Part shown: piece by piece, positions 33,806-44,653 of the stretch | How the letters are laid out: each line of letters opens with the position of its first letter | How positions within the stretch are numbered: the first letter of the stretch is position 1 | NCBI RefSeq assembly: GCF_000142905.1 | Contig: NW_013657643.1 | Location: 293,089 to 357,088 of the forward strand | Origin: Thecamonas trahens ATCC 50062 | Lineage: Eukaryota > Protista > Apusomonadida | Length of the DNA stretch: 64,000 nt | Direction: 5' to 3' | Notes under the pieces: generated by a model | Seen by the model: only the letters and a program-made list of their open reading frames with translations | What the model was told of the DNA's origin: nothing | Database searches by the model: none | Program-made: the position numbers and the translations under genes

Positions 33806-33840
33806 TGAACTCGGTGTAGCACCAGCTGGCTGAAGCGGAT

Positions 33841-35511
33841 TTACTGCTGCGGCTCGTAGCGGACAAACGAGGAGAGGTCGGTGTAGGAGACCGACTGGGC
33901 GCGGGTAGCGGCCTGGAGGTCAAAGGGCGCGTAGACGAGCTGGTGGTGCTCGCCAAGGAGACGGTCCTTGGCGTCCGAGGCGTAGATCTTGGTCACCGAG
34001 GAGTACATGCCCTTGACGACGTCGCCGTCGTCGACGGCGTAGCCGATCTTGACAAGATCGTCCACAGCGTCGCGGGTGACGGTGGCGGTGATGGTGACAA
34101 GCTCGCCGGAGCCGTCGGGCTTCTCGAGCGAGGTCTCGAGGAAGAAGGCGTCGATGCCAGACTCGTCCATGGTGGCGAGGCAAGCGTGCTTGACCGGGCG
34201 CAGGTGGAAGGCGAGGTTGGCGGTGCGCGAGACAATCTCGGGCGCGCTGCCGTCTTCCTCGGCCATGATAGCCTCACCAATGTTGATGGGCTTCGGCTCC
34301 TCACCGCGGGCGATGGCGTCGACGTCGGCCTGGGTGTGGAGGGTGTAAAAGTAGACGGCGTTGACCGAGTGGAGGTAGGCCGAGGTCGAGGTCGGCGGGA
34401 TCTGGGCCTGGGCGCGGACCTCGGCGAGGGCGGCGGTGCCGGCGTCGGTCTGGCCCATGTCGACGAGCATGCACGCGTGATGGTTGGCGACAGCGTTGTA
34501 GATGGGCGACGAGTGCGGCATGCCCTCAGCGTCGAGGGCGGCGAGAATGTCGGCGTAGACAAGCTCAGCGTCGTCGAAGCGGCCAAGGAGGCGGTAGACG
34601 GAGGCGAGGGTGCAGATGCCGTGAATGGTGAAGAGCGTGGTCTTGCCGATGTGCTCCGAGCCGACGGCAATGACCTCGGTGAGGAGCTCGACGGCCGGCT
34701 CGAGGTTGTTCGTCGCCTTGTGGATCTTGGCAATGAGGAACTTAGCCGACGCAATCTGGATGTGCTTCTCGGCAGAGGCCTCAGCGGTGTCCTCGGCGGC
34801 AGCCTCAAAGACCTTGAGCGCGCGGAAGGCAAACTTCTCGGCCATCGGATACTGCCGCAGGTCGATGAGCGTGTTGGCCATGGAGATGAGGACCTGGACG
34901 GCCGCCGGCGAGTCCTCGCCCATGGCGTGGCACCGAATCTCGTACGACTTTTGCTGCATGGCCAGCGCCTTCTCGTCCTCCTTGGTTGTCGAGTACAGCG
35001 TGGCCAGCTGCTGGAACGGGCGGTCGGCGAGGATGTGGTTCGGGCCAAGCATAGCTCCAATCATCTCCAGCGACGAGACAAGGCACTGCTCCGCATCGCT
35101 GAACGCGCGCAGCTGGATCAGCTTCTCGCCCGTCGAGATGAGCGAAAGCATCTGCTGCAGCTGCTGCCGCTCCGCCATCGACATGCCCTGTGTGTTGAGC
35201 ATGATCCGCCCGTCAGGCTGGACCTGCAGCGCTGCGCCACCGGACGCCGAGCCAGCCTCGCCACTGGCAGCAGCAGCAGCAGCAGCGGGCGCCGCAGCAG
35301 GTGCCGGAGCAACAGCATCAGCAGCAGCACCAGCAGCACCAGCAGTCGCGGGCGCAGGCGCATCGCTTGCCTCCTTCTTCCCCTTGGCCACCGCAGCGTT
35401 GTACCGCGCGCGCGCACGCCAATACTCAAAGTACATCCAGCCGGCGACGGCAGCCGAGAGGCCGGCCTTGACCTGCCATGGCCACTTGAACGGGTTGAGC
35501 GCGGACGACAT
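33841..35511 (-). CDS. TPR protein (kinesin-light-chain-type ~42-aa TPRs) with N-terminal hydrophobic anchor
   Basis: TPR helices such as LATLYSTTKEDEKALAMQQKSYEIR and LASVYRLLGRFDDAELVY. N-terminus KAGLSAAVAGWMYFEYWRAR. Confidence 0.8.
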   Translation of the reverse strand: MSSALNPFKWPWQVKAGLSAAVAGWMYFEYWRARARYNAAVAKGKKEASDAPAPATAGAAGAAADAVAPAPAAAPAAAAAAASGEAGSASGGAALQVQPDGRIMLNTQGMSMAERQQLQQMLSLISTGEKLIQLRAFSDAEQCLVSSLEMIGAMLGPNHILADRPFQQLATLYSTTKEDEKALAMQQKSYEIRCHAMGEDSPAAVQVLISMANTLIDLRQYPMAEKFAFRALKVFEAAAEDTAEASAEKHIQIASAKFLIAKIHKATNNLEPAVELLTEVIAVGSEHIGKTTLFTIHGICTLASVYRLLGRFDDAELVYADILAALDAEGMPHSSPIYNAVANHHACMLVDMGQTDAGTAALAEVRAQAQIPPTSTSAYLHSVNAVYFYTLHTQADVDAIARGEEPKPINIGEAIMAEEDGSAPEIVSRTANLAFHLRPVKHACLATMDESGIDAFFLETSLEKPDGSGELVTITATVTRDAVDDLVKIGYAVDDGDVVKGMYSSVTKIYASDAKDRLLGEHHQLVYAPFDLQAATRAQSVSYTDLSSFVRYEPQQ

Positions 35512-35789
35512 ACGTTTGGTGGTCGGCAGAGGGGTGGTTGTTGCCGGCCGGGGGATGGATGGCGATGGAGATTCTGTCGCGTCATGCGTAGCTGGCGGGC
35601 TTGGGACTGGGCGAGCTGGTTTTTCGGCTCTCAGCGTCGGATGCGGGGCGTGATGCGAGCACCAAGGACATGGCAAGGTAGTTTGGGATGTGAGCTTGAT
35701 GGGACGCACGTTATATGTACGTGACAAGGCGCGTAGCGGTAGAGCGAGGGGAGGAGAGAGCTTGTCGAGGAAAATCGGGCATGCACGTA

Positions 35790-35950
35790 AAACAGCATTT
35801 AAGCTATAAATATATATATATGTGCGATTGTAAAAATATGATTGTATGTAGTGTATGTCATATTTTGTATAATGTACAATTATGACGTGTAATATATATA
35901 TAATGAATATATTTAGTGTTTTGGGACTCGATTTGCACTCTTTTTGTTGT
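35790..35950. other. AT-rich island with TA microsatellite-like runs
   Basis: taaatatatatatatgtgcg...tatatatataatgaatatattt within an otherwise very GC-rich region. Confidence 0.9.
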
Positions 35951-36106
35951 TTGCAGTTTGCTTTCAACCCCAGCCTGAAACTCCCAATGCGGGCTTGGGC
36001 TCGAGCACGGGCTCGGGCCCACCAGGCACCACCACAGACCACCACCAGCGCCCGCCCATCGTGGCCGCTTTATCGGAAGGATGCACCCACTCTGGGCTCA
36101 CATCAC

Positions 36107-37714
36107 CTACGTTTGCTTATTTACTTGGCGCCATCCTCTCCTTCCTGCGGATGAGCTCCTCAGCAGCGGCAAACAAGTTCTTGCCCATGAAGAAGCGCTC
36201 CAGAAGAACAAAACGCGAGCCAATGTTGGGTTGGCAAGGAGCTCGTCGATGCCTGCCTCGGACAGACTGTGCGGCGGTGCGGCGAGCACAGCTCGGATGC
36301 CCCTCGTCAAGATGGGGAGGATGTAGCTGGAGGTGATGTCCTTGACGGCGCGGCTAAACTGTCCCCGCGGAAGGCTGCCCGCCACATAGGCCTCGACCTT
36401 GCCGCGAACCGATGGCAGCACGACAGCAGTCTTGGGATTGTTCAGCACGATCTCCAAGGGGTTGGGCGGCGGCGGCGGCGGGGAGGGATCGCCAGCGATC
36501 GCAAGCGGGCCGGGCGAGAAGCGGTCGTCGAATGCCCAGAGCGGAAGCCTGGGCAAGCAATAGTTGCGCAGGATTTTCATGGCGGTCCGCCTGCGCTTGC
36601 GGGGCAGAGATATGCTGGAAGCGCGACGCGGATTGGCGGCCTGGATTCCGGCCGCCACCGAGCCGTACTTGGCTGTCACTGCTTTGATGATCTCCTTGCC
36701 GTCGAAGAGCCTGATAGGCATCCCAAAGCTGTTGACGCGCCTCTCGGCCGCGATGCCGACCAAATCGGCCGAACGAAGGCCGAGCTGGATAGTGGCACGT
36801 GAGTAAGAAATCTTATCCCGGCGACCAGCCGACGAGTTGACATAGAACATGATGCAGTCGTTGCAGATCGGGTCGGGGCCCCAGTCGGCGCCGCGCACCT
36901 TGCCGACCGCGCAGAGGCAGACAGGGCATCGCCGGGCAGCGGCGTCGAGAATGGCCTGATAGACAACGCCAGGTGTGCGACAGTCGAGAGATGAGACCAA
37001 GGTGTTGGAGGAGAGGGTCTCGAACACCGCGTCGGCGTGTGCCCGCCACAGTAGGTTGTCGCGCCCGATGGCGTACAGCCGCCGGCATGTCATGAGAATG
37101 TTGACCAGGTTCGGCACCTCTAGGTAGTGCAGAATCAAAAGAAGCAGCTCGTCCGGAAGCTCGATGAGCATCGACGGCCAGCTCGATCGATACTGTATCC
37201 ACGCACAGCATCGGCGGGCCTCGGCGGCTGACATCTTGCTCCGCCCCGGCACGCCAGCCTCCTTCAGCCATGCCCTGATCGCTTTGGTGCTTTGCTGCGC
37301 CACCTCGGCATGCACCGCAGCAAACGAGCGGAAAGGCGCAAAGTTGATCACATGCGGCGCCAGCTCGGCCTGGAGCGGCTTGGCAGGCGGCATCATGTCC
37401 GGGACAACCTCGCCCGCTCCCGCAATCCGGACCACAATCTGGGCCTTGGTCCCCCTGGAGCTGACCCCGAGCTTCTTGGCCATATCCACGAGCTCTGTCT
37501 TTTTCATCGCCATCAGATTGCGCGAGATGTTGGGTCCCGTGCACGCGCGGGGGGGCTCGACCTGAGCCTCGACTATCCCCCCTTCCCCTCCCCCTCCCCC
37601 TCCTGCTCCTCTCGTGCCTCCACTCAGTGCCAGGTCGTCCGCAGGCCCACACTCCGCCTCACGGGCCACCGGCTCAGTCTCTGCCTTGCGCGTGACGTTC
37701 GGCTCACTAGCCAT
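36107..37714 (-). CDS. F-box protein with SAP/HeH motifs and an XPA-like C-terminal region
   Basis: F-box LIELPDELLLLILHYLEVPNLVNILMTCRRLYAIGRDNLLWR. SAP-like MKKTELVDMAKKLGVSSRGTKAQIVVRI. CPVC...CNDC followed by an XPA_C-like segment. Start uncertain. Confidence 0.8.
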   Translation of the reverse strand: MASEPNVTRKAETEPVAREAECGPADDLALSGGTRGAGGGGGGEGGIVEAQVEPPRACTGPNISRNLMAMKKTELVDMAKKLGVSSRGTKAQIVVRIAGAGEVVPDMMPPAKPLQAELAPHVINFAPFRSFAAVHAEVAQQSTKAIRAWLKEAGVPGRSKMSAAEARRCCAWIQYRSSWPSMLIELPDELLLLILHYLEVPNLVNILMTCRRLYAIGRDNLLWRAHADAVFETLSSNTLVSSLDCRTPGVVYQAILDAAARRCPVCLCAVGKVRGADWGPDPICNDCIMFYVNSSAGRRDKISYSRATIQLGLRSADLVGIAAERRVNSFGMPIRLFDGKEIIKAVTAKYGSVAAGIQAANPRRASSISLPRKRRRTAMKILRNYCLPRLPLWAFDDRFSPGPLAIAGDPSPPPPPPNPLEIVLNNPKTAVVLPSVRGKVEAYVAGSLPRGQFSRAVKDITSSYILPILTRGIRAVLAAPPHSLSEAGIDELLANPTLARVLFFWSASSWARTCLPLLRSSSAGRRGWRQVNKQT

Positions 37715-37907
37715 TGTGCTCTGGGCCAGCTCTGCTTGACTACGCTCGTCTGAGCTCGGGAGGCGGAGAGGGGTGTGTCGTCTTTCGCCTGTCGAGTTGC
37801 CAACCCTCGGGCCGAAAAGTCGGCCCATAAAAGGTCGTAGTTCTGGGCTACTTGGGGGAAATGGGCCGACTGGAGACGGAGTGCGCAGAGGACACGTGCT
37901 GGAGGAC

Positions 37908-39004
37908 TCTCTCGTACATGCATGCTCCCTGTTACCCCCGTTCATCTGTTGTTCCGGCCTGTCTCGGCATAATACCGATCATGATCCTCATGGCTCTCGC
38001 TCGCCTGTCTGCGAGTCACGACGTCCAAAGCCGCAGACCGCCAACTGCCCAAGCTCAAAACCCACGACCCCGCCGCCCACTCTGCATGCACCCATACCGT
38101 CACCGTATACCTCATCCTGCATCTGTTCTCGTGTCCACACTCGCCGTTATCGCCCTGACCCCTCTTTCCCTCTCCTCTCGACTGAGAGCCCACTCACCCC
38201 CACCTACCCCACCTCGTCATGACAGGCGCACGTGCGAGCCTTGCACTTTTTGCAGCACTTTCGCGCATCCGCAGGCTTCAGCGCTGCCGAGACCCTTCAC
38301 CTCACTTCCCCCCCCCCCACCCCTCCCCACATGCACCCCTTCGTCACCCTGGTCCTCCTGCTTCTTGCAGTGGTATGCACTGGTGCATGTCCCACCGTCA
38401 ACACTCTCCCAGATGCTGTTGCCATGCCGTCGGCCCCCGGCTCGGCTTGTCTCTATAGTGGGGGTTTCTCTCGTACATGCATGCTCCCTGTTACCCCCGT
38501 TCATCTGTTGTTCCGGCCTGTCTCGGCATAATACCGATCATGATCCTCATGGCTCTCGCTCGCCTGTCTGCGAGTCACGACGTCCAAAGCCGCAGACCGC
38601 CAACTGCCCAAGCTCAAAACCCACGACCCCGCCGCCCACTCTGCATGCACCCATACCGTCACCGTATACCTCATCCTGCATCTGTTCTCGTGTCCACACT
38701 CGCCGTTATCGCCCTGACCCCTCTTTCCCTCTCCTCTCGACTGAGAGCCCACTCACCCCCACCTACCCCACCTCGTCATGACAGGCGCACGTGCGAGCCT
38801 TGCACTTTTTGCAGCACTTTCGCGCATCCGCAGGCTTCAGCGCTGCCGAGACCCTTCACCTCATTCCCCCCCCCCCACCCCTCCCCACATGCACCCCTTC
38901 GTCACCCTGGTCCTCCTGCTTCTTGCAGTGGTATGCACTGGTGCATGTCCCACCGTCAACACTCTCCCAGATGCTGTTGCCATGCCGTCGGCCCCCGGCT
39001 CGGC
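37908..39004 (+). repeat. Direct tandem duplication of ~539 bp (37908-38446 and 38467-39004) with a 20-nt spacer
   Basis: The copies match except around the C-run near 38305/38865. Spacer is TTGTCTCTATAGTGGGGGTT. Confidence 0.95.
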
Positions 39005-42000
39005 CTCACTTGCCGCCGGCGACTTTTTCGCCACCGGCGCCCTCTCTGTCGTTGCCGCACCCCCGTCCGGCGGAGACATCATCGCCTTCCGCGCCGCCTC
39101 GCCGGGGGTCTTCGATCAGCCGGTTGTTCTTTCCTCGGCCGAGTTCGTCGGGCCCAAGCTTGTGCGCGCTGCCCACATCACCCATGACTCGTACCCGGAC
39201 ATTGTGGTGGCCAACTCGGGCCCGTCCCCCGAGCTCGCTGTCCTCGTCAACATCAACCAAACTTCTGGGGGCTTTGAGCGCGTCCGCATCTACACGGCGA
39301 TCAGCAACGTGCGCGACATGGTTGTTGCCGCGCCTGCCGGCGACTCGGTCCTCCATCTCTTCTACATCGATAATTCTGGCACCAGGGCCATCGCCGGTCT
39401 CGCACAGCTTGCGGCTCGGAAGCAGGCAGGCGTTTCGGTTCCGGTTGGGCACATCGGAATGGCCATGGCATTAGCCACAGGCGACACCAACGGTGACGGC
39501 CTCACCGAGGTTGTCATCCTTCAAGACACAGGCATCAAGGCCTTGAGGATGAACGCCACCAGCACTCAAGTGCTCGAGCACCGGTGGCTTGTTGACTTTA
39601 CCCCCGAGCGGCTGCCTACCTCGAGCTCGGCCTCCATTGCAGTTGCTGACTTTGATAGCGATGGCCGTGACGATGTTGCTGTTGTTGTTGCCGCCTTGGA
39701 CACCGTCACAGTCTACCTTGCCTCCCAGGCCCCTCCGCTTGTTGTCGATCCCGCTTTCGATGGCGTTGATGTCGTGCGCGCCTGTGACATCAACAGCGAT
39801 GGACTGCCCGACCTGGTTGCTGCTGCCTCGACGGGCGACACCATTCGTGGCTATTCTGGTCTCGGGGTCGACGGCTTTGTTCAAACACACGCCGCTGTTG
39901 CTTTGTCGCTGCCCTCTGTCCACACCCTTCTTGTCCACGACTTTGATGCCGATGGCACCGACGATGTCATGGCTTCCTCACTCGTCGCATCCGACTTGTT
40001 TGCGTGGTACCCCTCGAAACGTCCTGCGGCTGCCTCATGCTTTGCCGCCTCTCCTGCCGTTATTGCCGCCACTGCTGTCGGAGCGGACGTTGTTGCCGCC
40101 GTGGACATCAATGCTGACGGCTTTGTCGACATTGTCGCCCGGACCTCTGCAACAGATCTTGTCGTTTACATCAACGTCGACGGCCGCGGAGGCTCCTGGC
40201 TAGCACAACCCAGCTCGGTGGGGATGGTGAGCGCTGATCCAAACTTGCGCACTGTTGTCGACGTCAACAACGACGGCTTTGTGGATGTGCTTTCCTCGAA
40301 TACCGTTTTCCCTGGCGGTGATCCTGGTGTTCCTGGGGACTACTTTCTCTTTACCAGCCATGTTGTGTTTACCATTCTGTTTGACCCTGTCAGCGCTCTC
40401 GTCGCCGACTTGGACGGCAACAGCTTCTCGGATGTCGTGGCCTTTACCACCACTGCCGTCCTTTGGGCCGAGCAAGAGCATACTAGAACATGGAAGCTTG
40501 CTGTGCAGCTCTTTGCTGTTGACACGCTCACAGCTGGAGCAGTGGGAGACATGGATGGTGATGGAGCGGTAGACTTTGTCTACGCCGACGCTGCCAGTGG
40601 GCACATGCTGTGGCGTTCCAACAACGGGCCGCCGCTTGTAGGCCCGCCGATGCCGGCAGCTTCCCTCGCCAACGTCACCGCCATCGTTGCTGCTGATGTT
40701 GACGCTGACGGCTCGTGTGATCTTGTGGCCACCGACTCTGTCCTTGGCCTCCTTTTGTCCGCAACCAGGGTGGCGGTGCATCGTTCGCCTTTCCAGCTGT
40801 TGTCGACTTTGTTGCGGACTCGACGTTCCCGTCGGTCTTAGTCGTCGATCTTGACAGTGACAACGACGCAGACATAGTGGCTGTCAACGACAAGAGTCCT
40901 GGCTTTGTTGCATGGTACGAGTTTACAAGCGCCGGCAGCTTTTCGCCACGCATTGTTGTTGTGGCCGGCAGCGGCTTTGATCGGGCCGTTGTCGGCGACA
41001 TCGACGGCGACTCGTTCCTCGACATCATCGTTTCGTCGGCCTCGCTGGACAAGATCTCTTTCTTTGCCGCGCGGCCTGCGCCCAACTGGCAGCCGCATGC
41101 TGTTCGCCACCTTGCCTCGACCAACTTTCGTGACATTGTCCGTGCCACTCACATGACATGCTCGTCTGCTCGGGTCATCCTTCCTCCGGACGCCGTCATC
41201 GGTTTCTGCCCGTCGCGCAGCCACGCACTCATTCCAGCTGGGGCACACGTTCACATTCAAGCTAGTCCTGGCTCGCATGCCACGATTGATTGCGGATCCA
41301 ACGGCGGGCTCTTCTTTGATGTCCGCGGCAGGCTCTCGGTGACCAACGTCGACTTTGCCAACGGCACCGCCGGCACATCCCTCACGGCCGCATCGCCGTT
41401 GCGAGTCACAAATTCGGCCGCATCGCTCTCTCTGCTCAACTGTACTGTATCACGATGCTCGACGGCCACCACGTCCCGACTGCTGCTGTACGCCGGCCTC
41501 GGCGGAGCTGTCGCGGTCGTCGACGGTGCAGGGCTCAAGCTCGACGGCGTGTTGCTCTCTGACAACACCGCCGCTGTGGCCGGCGGCGCCGTGGCCGTTG
41601 TCGGCGCTGGCTCCTTTGTCTCGGCAGCCAACACCGTCTTTACCCGCAACGTTGCGCTCGGGACTTCTGCCGATCGTGGCGGTGGAGGAGGCTTGTTTGT
41701 TATTGGCGGCACACTATCGGCTTTGGACAACCTTCACGTCGTACACAATGAGGCGCGCCATGCCTCGGGTGGCGGGGTGCTTTCAGACTCGGGCATACTT
41801 TTGCTCACGCACGCTGTGGTCTCTGGAAACTCGGCCGCACTTGCGGGTGGATGTTTTGCGCTTCGATCCTCTGTCGCGCTTGTCAACGATGGAATCCTGG
41901 GTGGCTGCACTGCAGCCTTTGGTGGCTCGGTGGCGAGCATCGCTACTGACTACTCGTTTCCATCCCGCCCGACGCTCTCGGCCGTCCATCGATTCTCTGG

Positions 42001-44382
42001 CCCTGCAGGCACATTTCCGAGTCTACAATTGGCAAGAACCGAGTTGCAGAGCTCGTCGGCGCCGTTTGGGTGTGACATGTTCCTCTGCGGTGAGCCTGTG
42101 GACGTGCGCCCGCTGTCCCCGGCACTGCTCGATGTACTGGCCTGTGTCTCGCCGGGTAGCACGCCTGACATCCCGCCGTCGAGCTGGCTCACCACTTCAG
42201 CGAGTACGACGGCGAGCTGGAGTACACCGCCGATCTCGCTCGTGGCAACGGCCGGAACGTTGCCGCGGAGCGTCATCTCCGGCACTGCACTCGGCAGTGG
42301 CGAGTTCAAGGTGTATGATACCTTTGGCAACCCTGTACTCGACCCGGCGCTCGTGGTGAGAGCATCCACAAGCACGTCCAATGTCGAGCTCGGCAAGCTT
42401 CTCACCGGCGCCGGCTTTGACCCGCGATCGCAAAGTGCGTTTGTGGGTCAGCTCGAGATCGTCGGAGCGCTAGACGTGCTCGACGGTGACACACTAGTCG
42501 AGCTCCCAGTCTCGGTTGTCTTTGCGCTCGACGGCGAGCCCGCGGCCGAGCCACCGATGCTTGTTCACGACTTGCTTGTCACCAACTGCCCCTCCGGGTT
42601 TGGGCGTGTGGCCAGCGCCGTTGCGAGCGAGCTGGTGTGTGGCAAGTGCTCGGCCGGCGGCTACTCAGCCGGCGCGTCGTCGGCGCCGTGCCTGGCGGTG
42701 CCCGAGTGCCCGGACCACACGGTTCGGATGGAAGCGCCGTCGGCGGTCAACACATCGGTGGCGATTGTGCCGTGCACGTGCTCGCCGAACTACTGGGTTC
42801 CTAGCGGCGTAGTTGATCGCCCATGCGTTGCCTGTCCGCGCGGCGGGGTGTGTCGCGGTGGGCTTGCCGTGCCTGTTGCCGCACCAGGCTTCTTCCCCGA
42901 CTCGAGCGATCCTACTCTGTTTGTCGCGTGTCCGACGCCTGAAGCCTGCGCTGGCAGCGGCGACTGCCGTCCCGGATACGCATCTCGGCTCTGTGCCCAG
43001 TGCGCGTCCGGATACTACCGGTTGGCTGGGCGTTGCCACAAGTGCACGCCAGGCGTCAACGCCATTGTTCTTGCCGTTTTGGTTGTTGGTGTGCTGGCAG
43101 TGGTCACCACCTTTATTGTCTTCAACCTCTCGCCTAGCGTGAGCTACAAGTTTGCAGCGGCCATGATCGGGCTCAACGGTTTGCAGATCTCGGCCATGTA
43201 CGGTCGGCTCGAGCTAGAGTGGGGTTCGTTTGCGCGAGTCTACTTTGACATTGCCTCGGCACTCAACGTCAACATTGAGCTTAGCTCGCCCGAGTGCTCG
43301 GCAGCAGCCGGCACCGACGTGTGGGTCCTCAAGCTTGTGCTCACGCTCCTCCTCCCGGTGTTTGCCGCCGTCGTTGTCGTCGCTATCGCTGCCCTGCTGT
43401 GGGTGGCCGGCAGGCTGGGCATACCCTGGCTCTCGAACAAGTCAACCGCCGAGGTGACGTCGGCGGCGGGCCGGACGTGGTTCCAGATCATGGTTCTCCT
43501 CTTTCTCCCGCTGGCCTCGGCCGGGTTTTCGGTCTTTGGCTGCCGGCGCGACGAGTCTGGCCGGTGGCTCTTGGACGCTGATCCGGCACGGAGCTGCTAC
43601 AACGATGCCTGGTGGCGCGGCCTCTTTGCGCCGGGCCTCCTTGCCGTCAGTGTGTACGGCTTTGGCTTTCCGGCATGCGTCTATGGCGTCCTCGTCAGCC
43701 GCCGCCGCAAGCTGGACGCTATCACCTTTACGCTCCGATTCGGCTTTCTTGTTGCCCGCTTTGTTGACACTGCGTGGTGGTTCGAGACCGCCATCATGGC
43801 GCGCAAGCTCGGCATTGTCATCGCCATGACATTTTTCTTTACCACCTCGGGCAAGGCCGCCGGCGCGCTCTTTGTTCTCGCATGCTGCGTCGTCGACCTC
43901 GCACTCCGTCGGCCGTACATGGCGGTTTTCACAATCACATGGCCATCGTAGTCCTTGGCGCTGTCGCCGCTGTCCTCTTTGCCGGCACCGTGGCCGATGC
44001 CCACGTCCGATCTATTGGTATTGTTGCCGGCATCTGCGTCAACGTCCTCGCCATTGTTGTTGGTAACGTCCTCGACTTCGTCCGCCTCGCCCGCGCTGAA
44101 AAGCGCGACGACGACGTGTTTGCGCACGAGACGGCAGTGCTTGACGGCGTCGACGACTGGGACACCGACGGCATTGACATCAGCTTGCAGTCGTCGATGT
44201 CATCGATAGAAATGACTCACTGCGCGAGCGAGTGCCGCCTTGCACCAAGCCTTGCCACTCCCTTGCATCTCGCGAGCAATACCAACGCGTGCTCCAACAT
44301 CACGAGCGCCTCGGACGCCTCGGACGACTTTTCGTCGATCCCAACCCCCGCTCCGTTACCCGTCCCCGACTCTAGCCCCTAG
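38889..44382 (+). CDS. Large receptor: signal peptide, FG-GAP/VCBS repeats, parallel beta-helix, Cys-rich region, multi-TM; frameshifts at ~40753 and ~43926
   Basis: Signal MHPFVTLVLLLLAVVCTG. About 12 DxDxDG repeats. GGA/N-x-A-x-x-GG beta-helix repeats. CPRGGVC...CRPGYASRLCAQCASGYY. TM region with FGFLVARF...WWFETAIMARKLGIV. One added T at each site restores FVRNQGGG... and FHNHMAIV... Confidence 0.8.
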
Positions 44383-44653
44383 CCGACGCTTCCTTTAACC
44401 TCCCGCCTTGGCCGCAGAGTGTTTGCAACAAGGCCGATGGCAGCATCCTTTCCTTTCGTTGAGCGCTGCCTGGCAGAGTAGCACCATGGCTGCGCGTCCG
44501 AAAATCCGAACTTCCTCCCTCGCCATCCCGCGGCGCGCTCGGCGGCAGAAGCCGGCGTCCACGGTGACGCATAAAACGGAGCAGCGATGGAGCGGCAAGC
44601 CAGCGACGGGCGAGCAGGGCAGGCAATCAGTATCACCTACAGCGCTTCTTATC

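Noticed and set aside
33943-35724. Long antisense ORFs (also 6001-7929, 716-1972, 8281-9468 and others)
   Set aside because: Shadow ORFs expected opposite GC-rich, codon-biased genes; they contain no domain motifs.
38447-38466. Vector or T7/SP6 promoter contamination (CTATAGTG) in the duplication spacer
   Set aside because: Only an 8-nt match; the flanks do not continue the promoter sequence.
44408-44653. 82-aa N-terminal extension of actin in the ORF track
   Set aside because: It begins at a non-ATG codon, and ATG 44654 gives a canonical 375-aa actin.
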